This document shows positions 27,596 to 40,364 of a stretch of DNA of 64,000 nucleotides, piece by piece. The notes below the pieces were generated by a model. The model was not told the origin of the DNA. It saw only the letters and a program-made list of their open reading frames with translations, and ran no database searches. Origin of the DNA: Prorocentrum cordatum (taxonomy: Eukaryota); the NCBI GenBank assembly GCA_963575745.1, contig CAUYUJ010000312.1, forward strand, positions 1 to 64,000, given 5' to 3'. Position numbers and translations under genes: made by a program. Each line of letters starts with the position of its first letter. Positions within the stretch are counted from its first letter, which is position 1.

Positions 27596-28260
27596 TCTGG
27601 GACCATACCATCTGGGGGGGGGGTGGGGCGAGGAATCCTGGGACCATACCATCTGGGGGGGGGGGTCGTGAACCCTCGACCCTGGATCATATATGTGTAT
27701 GCGTACATGTATGTGTATAGCGACATACATACAGTGTGTAATGTATGTATAGAATTGTGTGTACATGTATATCTATATGTAGATGTATTTGTGTATATGT
27801 TTTTGCATCGATATCTGAATGTGTAGATGCTATGTATATTAGTGTGACTTTGTGTATGCATATTTATATATTTGCATCTATATAGCTGGGTAGATGCATG
27901 CACGCACGCATGCATGCATGCATGTATGTATACCTACATACATCTATGTATGTAGGTATACACGTGTAGACATTTTCATGCATGTATGTATGTATGCATG
28001 CATGCATGCATGTATATATGTATGCATGTATGCATGTATGCATTCATGTATGTATGCATGCATGCATGTATGCATGTGTGTAGGCATGTATGCATGTCTG
28101 CATGTATGCTTGTAGGTAGATATGTAGGTAGACATGTATGTATGTATGTATACATATATGTATGTATATGTATGTATGTATGTATGCATGGATGGATGCA
28201 TGCATGCATGCATGCATGCATGCATGCATGCATATAGATCTATACATGCTTTTCATAGAT
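26080..28260. repeat. (TA)n/(TATG)n/(CATG)n low-complexity region with nested GGTGCCC, ATAGCCCT and (GTC)n arrays
   Basis: Direct inspection; the (GTC)n block lies inside an element with TCCAGGG / CCCTGGA inverted ends (~27078-27687). Confidence 0.9.
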
Positions 28261-28551
28261 CTATCTCCACCGCCCGCCGGGGTCTCAGGACGTCGGCGCC
28301 CCAGGCGGTGGATCCCCCAGCACCGCACGGGGTGCTCTAAGCTAGCGCTGTCTTCTCGGCTTCCCCTCCTTCCTCCCTCCTCCCTCCTCCCTCCGCCCTC
28401 TCCCCCTCCCTCCCTCCTCCCCTCCCTCCCTCCCTCCCTCCCTCCCTCCTCCCCCTCCTCCTCCCTCCCTCTCCTCCTCCTCCTCCTCCTCCTCTCCTCC
28501 TCCTCCTCCTCCTCCTCCTCCTACCGCCTCCTCCACCTCCTCCTCCTCCTC

Positions 28552-31500
28552 CTTGAGGACATGAGCAACGCGTTCGGCTCCTCCGACCTGGGTGCCCTGC
28601 GGCAGACGGTCGAGGCGGCGGTGCGCCCCGAGGACGCCGACTACTTCCACCAGCGCCACGAGCTCAGCACCTTCCGCGTCGAGGGCGCCGACGGCGCTCA
28701 GGACCTTCACAACCGCTGCGGGGCCTTCATGGGCGACACGCCCGCAGCGCTCTTCTTCGCGAGGACCTTCCGCCGTCGCATCGCGACGTGGCTTCGTCGT
28801 CTTCGCGCCGCCGCCTGGGCCACCTTCGAGCTTCCCGAGCCCCCGACCACCTACGAGGAGTGGAAGAACCAGCCCCTCTTGCCGCCCGTGCCTCGGGTCG
28901 ACATCGACACGACGATCTGGCCGAGCGAGTCGATTTGCACAGCGTGGTGTCCGCTACTTGATGCAGCTGTTCCACTTGGCACGAGGATCTACGCCGACGA
29001 CACCAACCACACGAGCGTCGTCACCTCCGCGCGCAACGCGGGCTTCGTCTCGCGCCACTCACACTACGAGCTGAAGCGCGCCTTGCAGCCCTACGGCTAC
29101 ACGCACAACCCGACCAAGAGTTCGGTCTCGCCGTGCTTCCTCGGGGCTCTTAGCACGAGGCGCGGATGCTCTTCAGCGGTGCGGAGTCCATCGAGGGCGT
29201 CGTGCAGTACGACAACGTGGCCCTCGGCCCGAGTCCATTTCGGGCAGCGCGCAGGCCGAACTTCGGCGACGTCTGCAAGCTGCCCGCAGGGGACTTTACT
29301 GCATGGGGCGCTTCTGGGCTCGCAGCCGCGTCTGGCGCCTCACGCGCATCGTGTTCGGCGCGGTGGTGAAGGAGGCGGCGCTGAGCGGCATGAACGTGCT
29401 CGTGCTCAGCGAGTCGCAGCAGCTACAGATCGACAAGGTGCTGGCCAGCCTGGGGCGCCGCATGCTTGCGGGAGCCGCCTGCCAGAATATCCCGATCCTC
29501 ATGGATGACGGCCAGCAGGCGCTGGCTGACAACGGCAGGCCCCTCCTGCGCTACAAGGCGATGACCGACGTGGCGGTGCTGAAGAAGCTGGGCATAGCGC
29601 CCGCGCGAGTTGAACTTCGAGTTCGTCGCCTACGCCAGTATCGTCGATGGCTTCGTCTACCTGATGAATACCCTCAGGAGCTCGCGGTGGTCTTCGGCGA
29701 GTTGCCGCTGGAACCCGTCCCCACCCTCGATGTCGACGTCTCGGTCCTCGTCGGCGCCAACCCGTACGCGCTGCGGTTCGTCGCGGACGTGGAGGCGTTG
29801 CTGGCGATCGCGAAGGACACCGCGCTGCTGGAGGACCTCCAGACTCCGCGTGGCGCCCTGAACGTAGTCGCGCTGTTCGGCAACGAGGAGCTCCGCGAGC
29901 GCAACCTGACGCTGGACCCTGGCCTGCTGCGGGCGCAGGCTCGCACGGTGGCGATCCCGCCGCCTGGCTGGCAGCCGCCCCCCGCTGCCGAGGACGCGCC
30001 CCCGCCGCCGCCGGCGCTGTGGCGCTGCGAGCTGCTGGGGCCTGGGGGCTCCCCGCGCGGGCGCGAGTTTGCGACTCGCCGTGCGTTGCTCGCGCACCAG
30101 AGGTTTCAGAAAGATGCTGGGCATGGGTGTCGTTCTATCGTTCACGCTATCGTCGTCGCCAATCGATGTCTGTGCTGGGCTAGCGCTTTCAGAACTCGTC
30201 GAATAGCCCAAGAACGCGCGGTGACAGCCTGCCTGGCTCGGAGATGCCCAGCTCAGCGGTCCCCGTGCCACCACCAGGTCATCGAGCCCCCGTCTTTGGT
30301 TTGCCCCTTGGCCTCGATCGCGGTGTCAGCCTTGAGCGGCCTCTCGACCGGCCTGGAGTCGCCTGTTCGGTCGGGGGGCCCCTCGAAACCCTCGATGCTC
30401 TGCAGGCGCATTTGCTCGAACAGCACGCGCCGCAGCCCGCGCCTCGGCTGGCCCCCGCTGGCGGCAAGCGTGGCCTTCCGCCTGAGCTCGCAGGCGCTGG
30501 AAACCGCCAAGGGCCGCTCCCGCCCCCGCAGCCGCCGAGCCGCGCCAGCGCGCGGTGGCCGAGATGGCTCTGCGAGTGCCGGCCGTGGCGCTCGCTCACG
30601 CCGCCCGCGCGGAGGCGGCGGCCGCGGCGGCGATCCCCGCGGCGCCGCGGCAGCGCAGTCAGCCGCCGCGGGCGCGACGCTGCCAGCTGGCGCAGCGGCG
30701 CCCCGCCGGTGAGGCAGGCGCGCCGACGCCCGAGACGCTCAAGTGAAGAGCTACGGGCTGCCGCCAGACGCCTTGGACAAGCTGCCCGCACTGGAGGTGC
30801 AGATGGTGCTGCGCCTGGCCCCCGTTCGCGCTCGCGCTGTTCTGGGGGGCAGCTTCAACGTCCGCCAGCTGATGGCGACCAATTACCGCGCGCTGATCAT
30901 CGCTGAGGACTCGTGCCTGGCGTAAGCTGGGTTCACAGCGGGCAAGGCGTGCGCCATCGAGGCGCAGCGCCTCAGGGGCCAGCGCATGGACTACCCGACG
31001 GGGCACAAGGCGCCCGAGCTGATCATGGGGCCCGCTGGCTTTCAGGCGTTCCTCGCGGTCGCGCGCGCGATCAAGGGGGCGGGCGACAAGGTCGGCGTGG
31101 AGAACGCAACCGCGTGGCTGGAGGTGTGGAACAAGCTCGAGCCCATGCCCATCGACGAGCTGACGTTCCTGGTGAGGGGCTTCAGGACCAGCTCCTGCTA
31201 CAACGAGGGCAACGCCAAGATCGCGCTGTGCATCAGCGACGCGTCGACCGAGAAGACGTTCTTGGCGTGCGCGGAGCAGCTGGGCGCGGAGATGAAGCCT
31301 GGCGTGGGCCCGCGCGGGCATCAGGAACGCTAGCTGCAGCTGGCGCTGGACGAGATGGCGCTGCAAGCAGCGTGCTGGCGGAGGCAGCTGGTGCAGTGCG
31401 CAGCAGTGCGGAGGGGCCGCCCCGCTGGCGCGCCGAGAAGGGCTGGCTCGGAGGGGGCCGCGTCTGGGCCTGCGGTGCCGGGCACTGCGGCCGCGACAGG

Positions 31501-31984
31501 CGCGGACGAGCCGCTGGCCACCGTTGCTGCAGCGCTGAAGGTGAGCGCTCGGAGCGACACCGCCGAGAGCGGCACATCGAGAGTCGGCGCAAGGCGCCAG
31601 GTGAATGATCCTGTTCCCGTCTCCTTCCTTCGGCCGCCGCAACACCAGCCATTTTCATTCCAAAGTGGTCGGTTTCTGCCCGCTTCTCCGCCGACTTCGG
31701 CCCCTCCCTCCATTCATTTCCCGAGCAGCGTGCAGCATAATATCCAGGAGCGACGCAAGTTAGCATCAGCTGATTTATCACGCTTTTCGAAACTTAGCCT
31801 GACCGAGCAAATCAAATTTCTCGAGTCAAGCCGCAGATGGTAGAGCGAAGACAATTCGGGGCTCGCATAGGGGAGGACACGTTCTAATTTCGTATCGTGC
31901 GCGCACTGCAGGTCGTACATATCGCATGCTTGCTTTTGATATGTTTCAGCGGTTGCACTCATAAATTTGAGGCCCAATGCAGAA
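28552..31984 (+). mobile_element. Degenerate 5'-truncated non-LTR retrotransposon (RT, C2H2 zinc fingers, downstream second ORF) in thioesterase intron 3
   Basis: RT motifs in order: DMSNAFGS (28558), GAFMGDTPAALFF (~28720), IYADD (28987-29001). Then, across frameshifts, C2H2-like WRCELL…FATRRALLAHQRFQKDAGH and CPL…ALQAHLLEQH. Both ends abut (CCT)n. Confidence 0.82.
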
Positions 31985-32280
31985 CCTCCTCCTCCTCCTC
32001 CTCCTCCTCCTCCTCCTCCCCCTTCCTTCTCCCCCTTCCTCCTCCTCCTCCTCCTCCTCCTCCTCCTCCTCCTCCTCCCTCCTCGCCTCCTCCTCCTCCT
32101 CCTCTCCTCCTCCTCCTCTCCTCCTCCTCTCCTCCTCCTCCTCCTCCTCCTCCTCCTCCTCCTCATCCTCCCTCCTCCTCCTCCCTCCTCCTCCCTCCTC
32201 CTCTCCTCCTCCTCCTCCTCCTCCTCCTCCTCCTCTTCCTCCTCCATTCCAGGAGAACTAAACTCCCCGCCTCGCACCAG

Positions 32281-32370
32281 GGAGCTGGCCCGGCGCGCGG
32301 AGCACGGGTGGCCCCTGCCGCTCAAGCTCTACGTCTCGGCCTGCCGGCCGCCGCACCTCTCCGACGTCCG
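32281..32370 (+). CDS. Thioesterase exon 4 (ELARRAEHGWPLPLKLYVSACRPPHLSDV-R)
   Basis: CAG|G acceptor, CG|GC donor, phase 2 to 2. Matches the TEII P..L.VSA...P motif. Confidence 0.88.
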
Positions 32371-32475
32371 GCGCTGCGGCGTCGGTCGCCGTCGATTTTT
32401 GGCGGCGGCGGCGGCGACGGCGACGACGACGACTGCGACGACGACGACGGCGACGACGGTGACGGCGACGACGGT

Positions 32476-32568
<93 letters not shown>

Positions 32569-33723
32569 CCCAAGACCACGACCACGATGACGACGACTGG
32601 GGTCCTCCGGGCACCTGTCTGGGCCGCTGGAGCGCGGTCCGGCCAGGGCGGCACAAGCACCGTTCGATGGCCTGCTAAACGCCATCTTGGGCTGGCGAGG
32701 GCACGGCGCCTGCTCGGAGTACCTCGACCATCCACCTCGCCGATCCTGGCCAGCCGATCTCGGGCCAGGGATCGGTGCACACGCCCTCGTGGCACCGATC
32801 TTGGGCCCAGGATGCCAGGATCGGTGAGGTGGATAGTCGACTCCCCCCGATTTGCCCTCAGCGGCCCGCTGGCGTCGGTGGCGAGCATGGGGCGTGGGTG
32901 GAAGTGAGAAGGGGCGGACCTGCTTAGACGGCTTGGAAGTCCCCCCACCCTTTGAGACGATTTCCGAGCCTCCCGCGAAGGCACAGGAAACAGCGCAGAA
33001 GGCCAGAGCGCTTCTGAGCAGTCCCGCTGCTTTTTGAGAAGGCCTCCTCCTCCTCCGTTCCCCCCCTCGCTCGCCGCCAATACAGCCGGGGCCCTGAGGA
33101 AGGAACCCTTTTCGTTGGGGAGGGGCTCGGTGTTCCTTGATTGTTTCGCAGCTTGCCTCAGGGTTTCCATATGTTTTCGATGGGAAATCGAAGTTTAACT
33201 TATGGAAAAAAGGGGCCTCGTTTCTTATTTAGGGTTCCTTAGGTCAAGGCCCCGACTGTAGAGGACTCCTCTGGGGGCGTCTTGGGGGCGTCTTGGGGCT
33301 TGCCTCTTCTGGGCCTTCCTGGGCGGCCGTCGAGGGCCCTCGTCGGCTTCATGGGGGCCCTCTGGCGTGGCCTGCCAGACTCGCCTCGCGCGCCGCCGAT
33401 GGACGTGCTCGCGCCGTGGACAAGAAGCACGGCGGCGGTCTTGGTGGCCGCTGTCGAGCTCCGGGGGCCCCCGCTGGGTCCCGGGACCGTCATCACCACC
33501 CACCAAACCACCCCAACCCAACCCGAAGGCTCAGATGTACCGTCGATTTCCAGTGGGGGGGGGGGGGTCGGGAAACATCGAAAAAGCACATGTGGAACCC
33601 TTACCCTCCCCGACCCGAAATTCGGGTCTTCGGGTTGGGTTGGGGTGGTCTGGTAGGTAGTCACGTCACAGAGCGACCTCGGGACGAAGAGCCTGTCTTG
33701 GGGAACGGATCCCGTCTTGTTAA

Positions 33724-34884
33724 GTCGGGCCTGTCGTTCTACAGGAGGAATATCGCGAAGGCCTTACGGCCGGTGTCGCCGACCCTGCATGGCGGCGACA
33801 ACCACGACAACAACGACGAAGCTCTCGGGGGCCTCCTGGGGGTAGTTTTGGGGCCTCTTGGGAAGCTCTTTGGGGCCGCTTGGGAGCCTCGTGGGGGCCT
33901 CTTTGGGGCTTCCTGGGGGTCTCTTGGGGGCCTCTTGAGGCTTCTTGGGGGCCTTTTAGGGGCTTCTGGGGGTCTCTTGAGAGCTTCTCAAGCCGAGGGC
34001 TCGAAATGTCCGTTCGGGTCCGCCGTCTGGGCTCCCTCTTACAACCGTCTTGGGAGCCTCTTCGATTGTCTTGGAGGCCTCTCGGACGGTCTTGGGGCCT
34101 TCTTGGGTCGTTTTGGGGCTCTCTTGGGCCCCTCTTGGGCCATCTTGGGGCAGTCTTGGGGGCCTCTTGGGTTGTCTTGGAGCGTCGGGAAGCTGACAAG
34201 GCGAGAATGCCAAAATCTTACAAAAAGCTAAGGGAAATCGATGGTTTTTGTTCCTTGGTGCCCTCCTTGAAGTCCTCTTGGGGGCCTCTTGGGACGTTTT
34301 GGAAACCTTTTGAGCCGCCTGGAGGCTACTTTGGCTTCTTGGACCGATACTTCGGCGATTCGGGGCTCTCATGGACCGTCTTGGCGGCATCTTGGGGCAT
34401 TTTTGCCGCGTCCTGGGTTTTTTTCCGGGCCCCCGAACCGCTCGGGGGGGAGTTGTATCTGACCCAGGACGTCCCCAGGACTTCCCGGGGACCCCCCCCC
34501 GGCGGGGAAGGGATCAAAGGGAAGGGGCTTCCTTTCGACTCCACTACAACACTGCTCAATCCCGCTGTGGCTGGCGCGCTCGACGACGACAGCGACCACG
34601 ACGACGACGACGACGAGTCAAACGGAACAGCCTCTTCCACACGCAGACAGGGTCGGCGGATTCGAAAATAGTAGAAAGTAGCCTGGGGACGATGTATTAT
34701 TCAAGAAGTACATTATTGAATTACTTCTTGGATTTTTATTGCGATTATTCCTTTCGATTATTACTGGATCATTCCTTTTGAATGCATCTTGAATATTAAC
34801 GTAATTCTTTCGATTATCTCTTGCATTTTTCTTGAATTCTTAATTAGAGTCTGCCTGCAAGGCCTGTAGGGGGACATGCCCGAC
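33724..34884. mobile_element. TIR family C element (GTCGGGCCTGTC…TACAG termini) containing a nested Helitron2-like element; shorter members at 36909-37081, 40777-40937, ~58869-58993
   Basis: Left end GTCGGGCCTGTCGTTCTACAGG, right end CCTGTAGGGGGACATGCCCGAC. The same termini recur around other interiors, and a further right end lies at ~25847-25868. Confidence 0.65.
33752..34662 (-). mobile_element. Putative non-autonomous Helitron2/Helentron-like element with GGGGCCTCTT-rich interior; related partial copy ~35683-36465
   Basis: Perfect 11-bp asymmetric inverted repeat CGCCGACCCTG (33777-33787) / CAGGGTCGGCG (34648-34658), plus a GGCC-TTAC-GGCC hairpin outside one repeat. Confidence 0.5.
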
Positions 34885-37800
34885 CAAACTCGGGGATCGT
34901 CGTCCACTGGTCGTGCCTGAGATCTGGGCGAGGATCGAGGGTGTCGGCGTTGACGTCGACATCGCCGGCGTCTTCTCGCCTGAGATTATGCTGCTCCCGT
35001 CGCACTTGAGGACCACATCCCAGACATGATTTCGAGCACCCGGAAAAGCGTCGAAAGAGTGGCGAAGGAGTGTCGAAGCGGTGTCGGACGAGAGCCTCCC
35101 AGGGCCCGACACGTGAAAACCCTCGAGTTCGTGGGCGCTCTGCTGGTGCTCGAAGTTCCCTCTGCCGATCAAGTCTTTGAAGTAGGCTGGAACAGCACAG
35201 GCCCAGGAGCGGTCTGGGCGTCGCCGGAGGCTCTCGTCGCCACGGCGGGGCGCGGCTCGGAACGCGGGCCAGGAAGGCCCCCGGGAGGGCCCATGGGGCG
35301 GAGGTTTGAAGGGACCGTCTCTGAGACCCTCAGGGGGAAGCAGAATCTGCAGAAACGCACGGGCACAATCATCGTCGACCCCCCGGGAAATACAGCGGGG
35401 GCGCGCATCAAGAAACCGTATGCTTTTCGTCAGGGTATCCTTGGTGTCTTCGCTCCTCGCGCTGCGCGGTGACTTCCCGCAGCCGTTGAGGGGAGCTGCT
35501 GCGTTCAGGGTGCTCCGGGTCTCCCCTCAGGTGTACCTCGCGCGCGGGTTCTCAGGGTTGGGTTTTTTACGAGGGTTTCTTGCGGCCGCCCCCGCACTGT
35601 ATGGGAAACTATGGGAAGTGGGGGGGGGAACGAGAATCCAGAACATCTGGAAAATAGGGGGATCCCGGGGATTGGCGTCTGTTGCGAAGGCCTTGCGGCC
35701 AGTGCCGCCGACTGAAGGGGAACGACGACGACAGCGGCGGCGGCGACGACGACGACGACGACGCTGACGTAGGTCAGAGTCCTCATGGATGCTTCTTGGG
35801 GTCGCTTCGAAGCGCTCCCAGGGGCCTCTGGGGGACAGTTAAGGGGCCTCTTAGGAGCCTCTTGGGGGCCTCTTGGGAGTCTCTTGGGGGCCTCTCGGGG
35901 CTTCCTGGGGGCCTCTTGGGGGCCTCTTGGGGCCTCTTGGGGGCCTCTGGGGGGCCTCTGGTTCCTCCTTGGAACCTCTCGGGGCCAACGGGGCCAAGGA
36001 CTCAAAATATCCATTCTGGTCTCGCCTGGGCACCCTCTTGGAGCCGCTGTCTTGGGGGCCTCTTGGGCCGTCTTGGAGGCATCTTGGGCCGTCTTTGGGG
36101 CCCTCTCGGGCAGTTTTGGGTCACTCCTGGAGCCCCCTGGGGCCGTCTTGGGGCGATCTAGGGGACTTCTTGGGCGTCTTGGAGCGTCGGGAAGCGGATG
36201 AGGCGAAAACGCCGAAATGCTTCAAACACCAATGGGAAATCACTGATTTTTCCTCTTGGGGCCCTCTTCGAAGTGCTCCTGGAGGTCTTTTGGGCCGTCT
36301 GGAGGGCGTCAAGGCGTCTTGGACAGATCGTTCGGCGATTCGGGCCCCCCTTGGACCGACTTGGGGACCTCTTGGGGCACCCGTGGCCCGTCTTGGGGCT
36401 TTTTGGGGCCCGGGACCCCCCGGCGGGGAGTCGTGTCTGACCCGGGACCCCCCCGGGATCCTGGAATTTGTGTATCTTTACTTGTGTGTCCTGGGCTCAC
36501 GGGACCGAGTTTGAACGGACTGTCTCTGAGATCCTCGGGGGCGAACAGAAACACACAGACACAAATCATCGTCGATCGCCCGGAACAGATGGGAAATTAT
36601 GGGAAGTGGTGGGGGGGGGGGACGATGATCCAGATTTTCTGGAAAAATAGGGGGGATCTTGGGATTTGTGCCTATGTTCGGCGTCACCCCAACATACTTG
36701 TACTATATGTGCGTCGCCCCCCCAGGGGCGACGCGCGCACCGAGAAATCTTATAGCATGTGCGTGTTGGCGGGCGCTTTCTGGCCACATCGCTCGGGAAA
36801 CGATATATTGCAAGATGGGTATACTATATGTTCGGGTCGGACGCGCGCCTCCAAGGAGAACATTTAATAGCACTAGTACGTCTTTGTGCGTCCCATGTGC
36901 ATATTTAAGTCGGGCCTGTCCCCCTACAGGGGGATTTTCGACGAAAAGTTAAACATACCCCAAACATAGTCAAACGATAGTCCAAAAGTGGCCTGGGTGA
37001 GCATTTTCTGATCATTTTTTTTTTTTGTTTGTTTGTTGTTTTTTTCGTCGAAACTCCCTCTGTATAGGGGACAGGCCCGACACAGGTGTATATTTGCGTG
37101 CCCCTGGGCCTCTCTGGGCCCAGGCGCCGCAGTGCCTGCACCGCCGGACGCCTCGCCCCGCCTCGGGCCCCGTGGCCCTCCCGGAGCCAGCCGGCTCGAG
37201 AGGGAGAGAGAGAGGGAGAGAGATGCCGCCGCACGCTGGGGTCCCCAGACCCCCTCGCGTCGTGAAAAAGCACGACGGGAGGTTTTTCGCAATTCTCGGC
37301 CTCTGGGGGCCCTCGCTGGGCCTCGGGACCGTCAAAGAACTACTCAGGGTGAGAAACCGGTCCCGGGGAATGGGTCCAGACCTCTGGGGGTCGACGTTGT
37401 GAACAAATCACGACGTCGGGGGTCTGGGTCTAGGGCTCCGTGCGTTGTTTCGCACGGCCCTGCTTTTCGGCGTGCCGATGGATCTCCTCAGGGGTCAGGG
37501 GAGGAAAGGGAGGGTACCGATACCGCTACCCTTCCTTCGTTGTCTCCCTTTTGGGCCTCCTGTGAGGCCCTCGTCGCCACCGCTGGATTCGCCTCGGAAT
37601 CCTGGTCAGAACGCGCCCCAGGAGAGGTCCGGGGAGTATCAGTACCAGTACCTTGTGGTTTCCCTATCTCAGGGGTCGTCGCCGCCGATGTTCAAGGATC
37701 GAGGTTTTAGGCATCTCTGGCGCCTCTTGATGCCCCTAGAGGCCTCTGGAGGCCTCTAGGGGCTGGAGCTCGCCGTCGTCGTCGTTGTTGTCTGTCGATC

Positions 37801-40330
37801 GTCGGTCGCCGGCCAGCCCGCCGTCGGTCGTCGTCCGTCGTCGTCGTTGCCTTTCGTCGCCGTCGGTCGCCGGTCGCCAGTCGCCGGTCGGCAGTCGCCG
37901 GTTGCCAGTCGCCGATCGCTGATCGTCGGCCGCCGTCCGTCTTCGTTTGCGTCGTCCGTCGTGCGTCGTGCCCCGTCCGTCTGCCATCCGCCGCCAGTCG
38001 TCCTTGATCCGCTGTTGGGTGTCGGTTGAATGCGCCCACAAAATAGAAGAGGAAGAGATGGTGGAGAGGGGGGAGGGGGATGCGCGGGGGGGGGGGGAAA
38101 GGGAGGGGAGAGGGAAGAGGTGGGGGCAGAAATTGGATGGGGGGAGAGGGGAGGGGGGGGGCAGGGGTAAGGCGGTAGAAGGGGGGGCGGAGAGGGAAAG
38201 GGGGGGGGACGGGGGGGAGGAGGAGGGGGAGAGGGAAAATGAGGGGGGGAGGAGGGGGGGGGAGGGGAGAAAAGGGAGAGGGGGGGAGGAAGTGGGGCAG
38301 GAGGAGGGGAACGGGGACGGGGGGAGAGATGTAGCGGACGTGCGCCAGCATGACGGCGAGGAGGGAGTAGATGGGGGGAGGGGGAGGGCGGGGAAAGGAA
38401 GGGGAGACGCGTTCTTGCTGGGGCAGTAGTTACTCGGTTGATGCTTTTTTTGGACTTGTTGAACTTTTGTTGGTTAATTTGCGTTGTGCTAGCGTTCTTT
38501 ACTTAAGAGATTTTGTGCCATCTTGGAGGCCACTTTGTGCTATCTTGGAGGCCTCAGCTGATATTTGTATCCTGTATATCTATATATATACACATCTTTT
38601 TCCTCTCTCTCTCTCTTTTTCTCCTACCGGGGGGAACGGTGCGTCCGTCCATCTTGGGGCCTTCTGGGAACCCCTTGAGACACCGCGTGCTCTCGCCGTA
38701 ACCTCATGTGCTAGCCGTACCATTGCGCAAGGTCGTCCCGAGCCATTGCGTAAGGTCTCCGTGTCGTGTTGCGCAAGCCCTCGCGCGTTGCCAGCGGTTC
38801 CCCGCTAGGACAGCGCATTGCGGAATCCCTTTCCACGCTGGTGCCTTTTAGTTCGTGCCTGGTTGATTGCTTGTATGTGCACTTGGCGTAAATCATACTC
38901 TGATCACTGTCCGCGTCGGCGTCACCATTTGCCGCTGCCACTTGGGCCCAATATTGGTCATGTAGACCGTACCCCCCTCTACTCCAAGATTGCCCATAAG
39001 CTTGTAAAGGCCGATGCATGTCTGGAGCAGCCAGCCTCTTGTTGCTGGCGCCCCAAAAGCTCGGGGTGATCGCGCCGCGTCGTTGCTCCCGCCAGGCATC
39101 CCCCCTGGCCCTTTGAAAGGAAGGAACAAGAAGCGAAGCCACAAATTTCATGTTGAATCCCGCAGTCAGTTTTTGAACTGCTTCGCTGTTGCGGGGCGCA
39201 ATAAACGAGCCATCCAAGCTGAGAGAAGAGAAACCCCAGCTGAAGTCAGAACTCAAACATCTGCGGGCGCATGGGACATCGTCCAGAATCGGTATCGTGA
39301 TAGAGCTGCAAAGGCCAAACCTGCCCGCCATGTGGAGAACAAACAATTGACAGATTTCGGGGCCATGCGCAGTGTCGTCGGCTCCCATGCCAGCCATGGC
39401 ATCCACTGCGTCCATCGCGAGCGCATTCGGGCTGGCGTAGTCCATTTCCACGCAGCGCGGCAGATTGAAATGATCAACCAGCGCCTTCATGCCGCTATTG
39501 GAGTTTTTTTATCCCCCCTCGCGGCGTTGGGACGAGACGCCTTTGCACCGTTCTTTCGGCGAGCTGCAGGTAGGTATTGCCCCAATGGCGCAATAGTGGG
39601 TGCCACCTCATTTGAAGACTGTTTTCTGCCGCTCGCTTGCAAGTTTCAAAGAGCACGCGGGTTTCTCAATGGAGCCTTCGACCCGTGGAGTCGTGGATGT
39701 GTTCGCCCAGCGCGTCGTCGTCCACGTGCGCAATGCCTCTTAGAGTTCTGGGATCGGAGCGGGCGGGCTTCGTCTTCCAGGCTGTGGACCAGCGTGTGCG
39801 CGGTTGTTTTTTTCCATCGATCGGTTCAACAATGAATGGTCGAAAACGTTCGGCTTGATATCCAATCGCTTCGCGCGCTCCGCCGGCCCATCTTGCGTCA
39901 TCGTTGCCACTTTCCCTTTTGATCGGGGGGGTTCAGAAATTGTCGGGCGGCGCTCGTTTCCCTGAGCTGTCGCGGGAGCCGTGCGCGGGGGCAGGGCATC
40001 TTGGGAGACGCAGGGGCGTTCGGAGCTTGAGGCCGTCCTGAGCGTTTCTGAGTTGTTCGGGAAATTCCCTGGGGCCGTCGTGCGCCGCGCCAAATGCACC
40101 GCATGGCGTTCCTTTGCGCTGCTCCGCACTGCGCTGCGCTGCGCTGCGTTGCTCTGCGTCGCTCTGCGTGGCTTGGCACTGTCTCGCGCTGCTCTGCAGC
40201 GCTCGGCGATGCCCTCGTTGCCTGGCGTTCCCTGGGCCCCCCCCCTTCCTCCTCCTCCTCCTCCTCCTCCTCCTCCTCCTCCTCCTCCTCCTCCTCCCTC
40301 CTCCTCCTCCTCCTCCTCCTCCTCCTCCTC

Positions 40331-40364
<34 letters not shown>

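Noticed and set aside
28138..30712. ORFs 28138-29508 and 29303-30712 as intact host genes
   Set aside because: They are frameshifted pieces of a retrotransposon RT ORF; the first begins in microsatellite sequence.
33293..36514. Gly/Leu/Ala/Trp-rich ORFs resembling membrane proteins
   Set aside because: They derive from the dispersed GGGGCCTCTT low-complexity repeat found at several places in the window.
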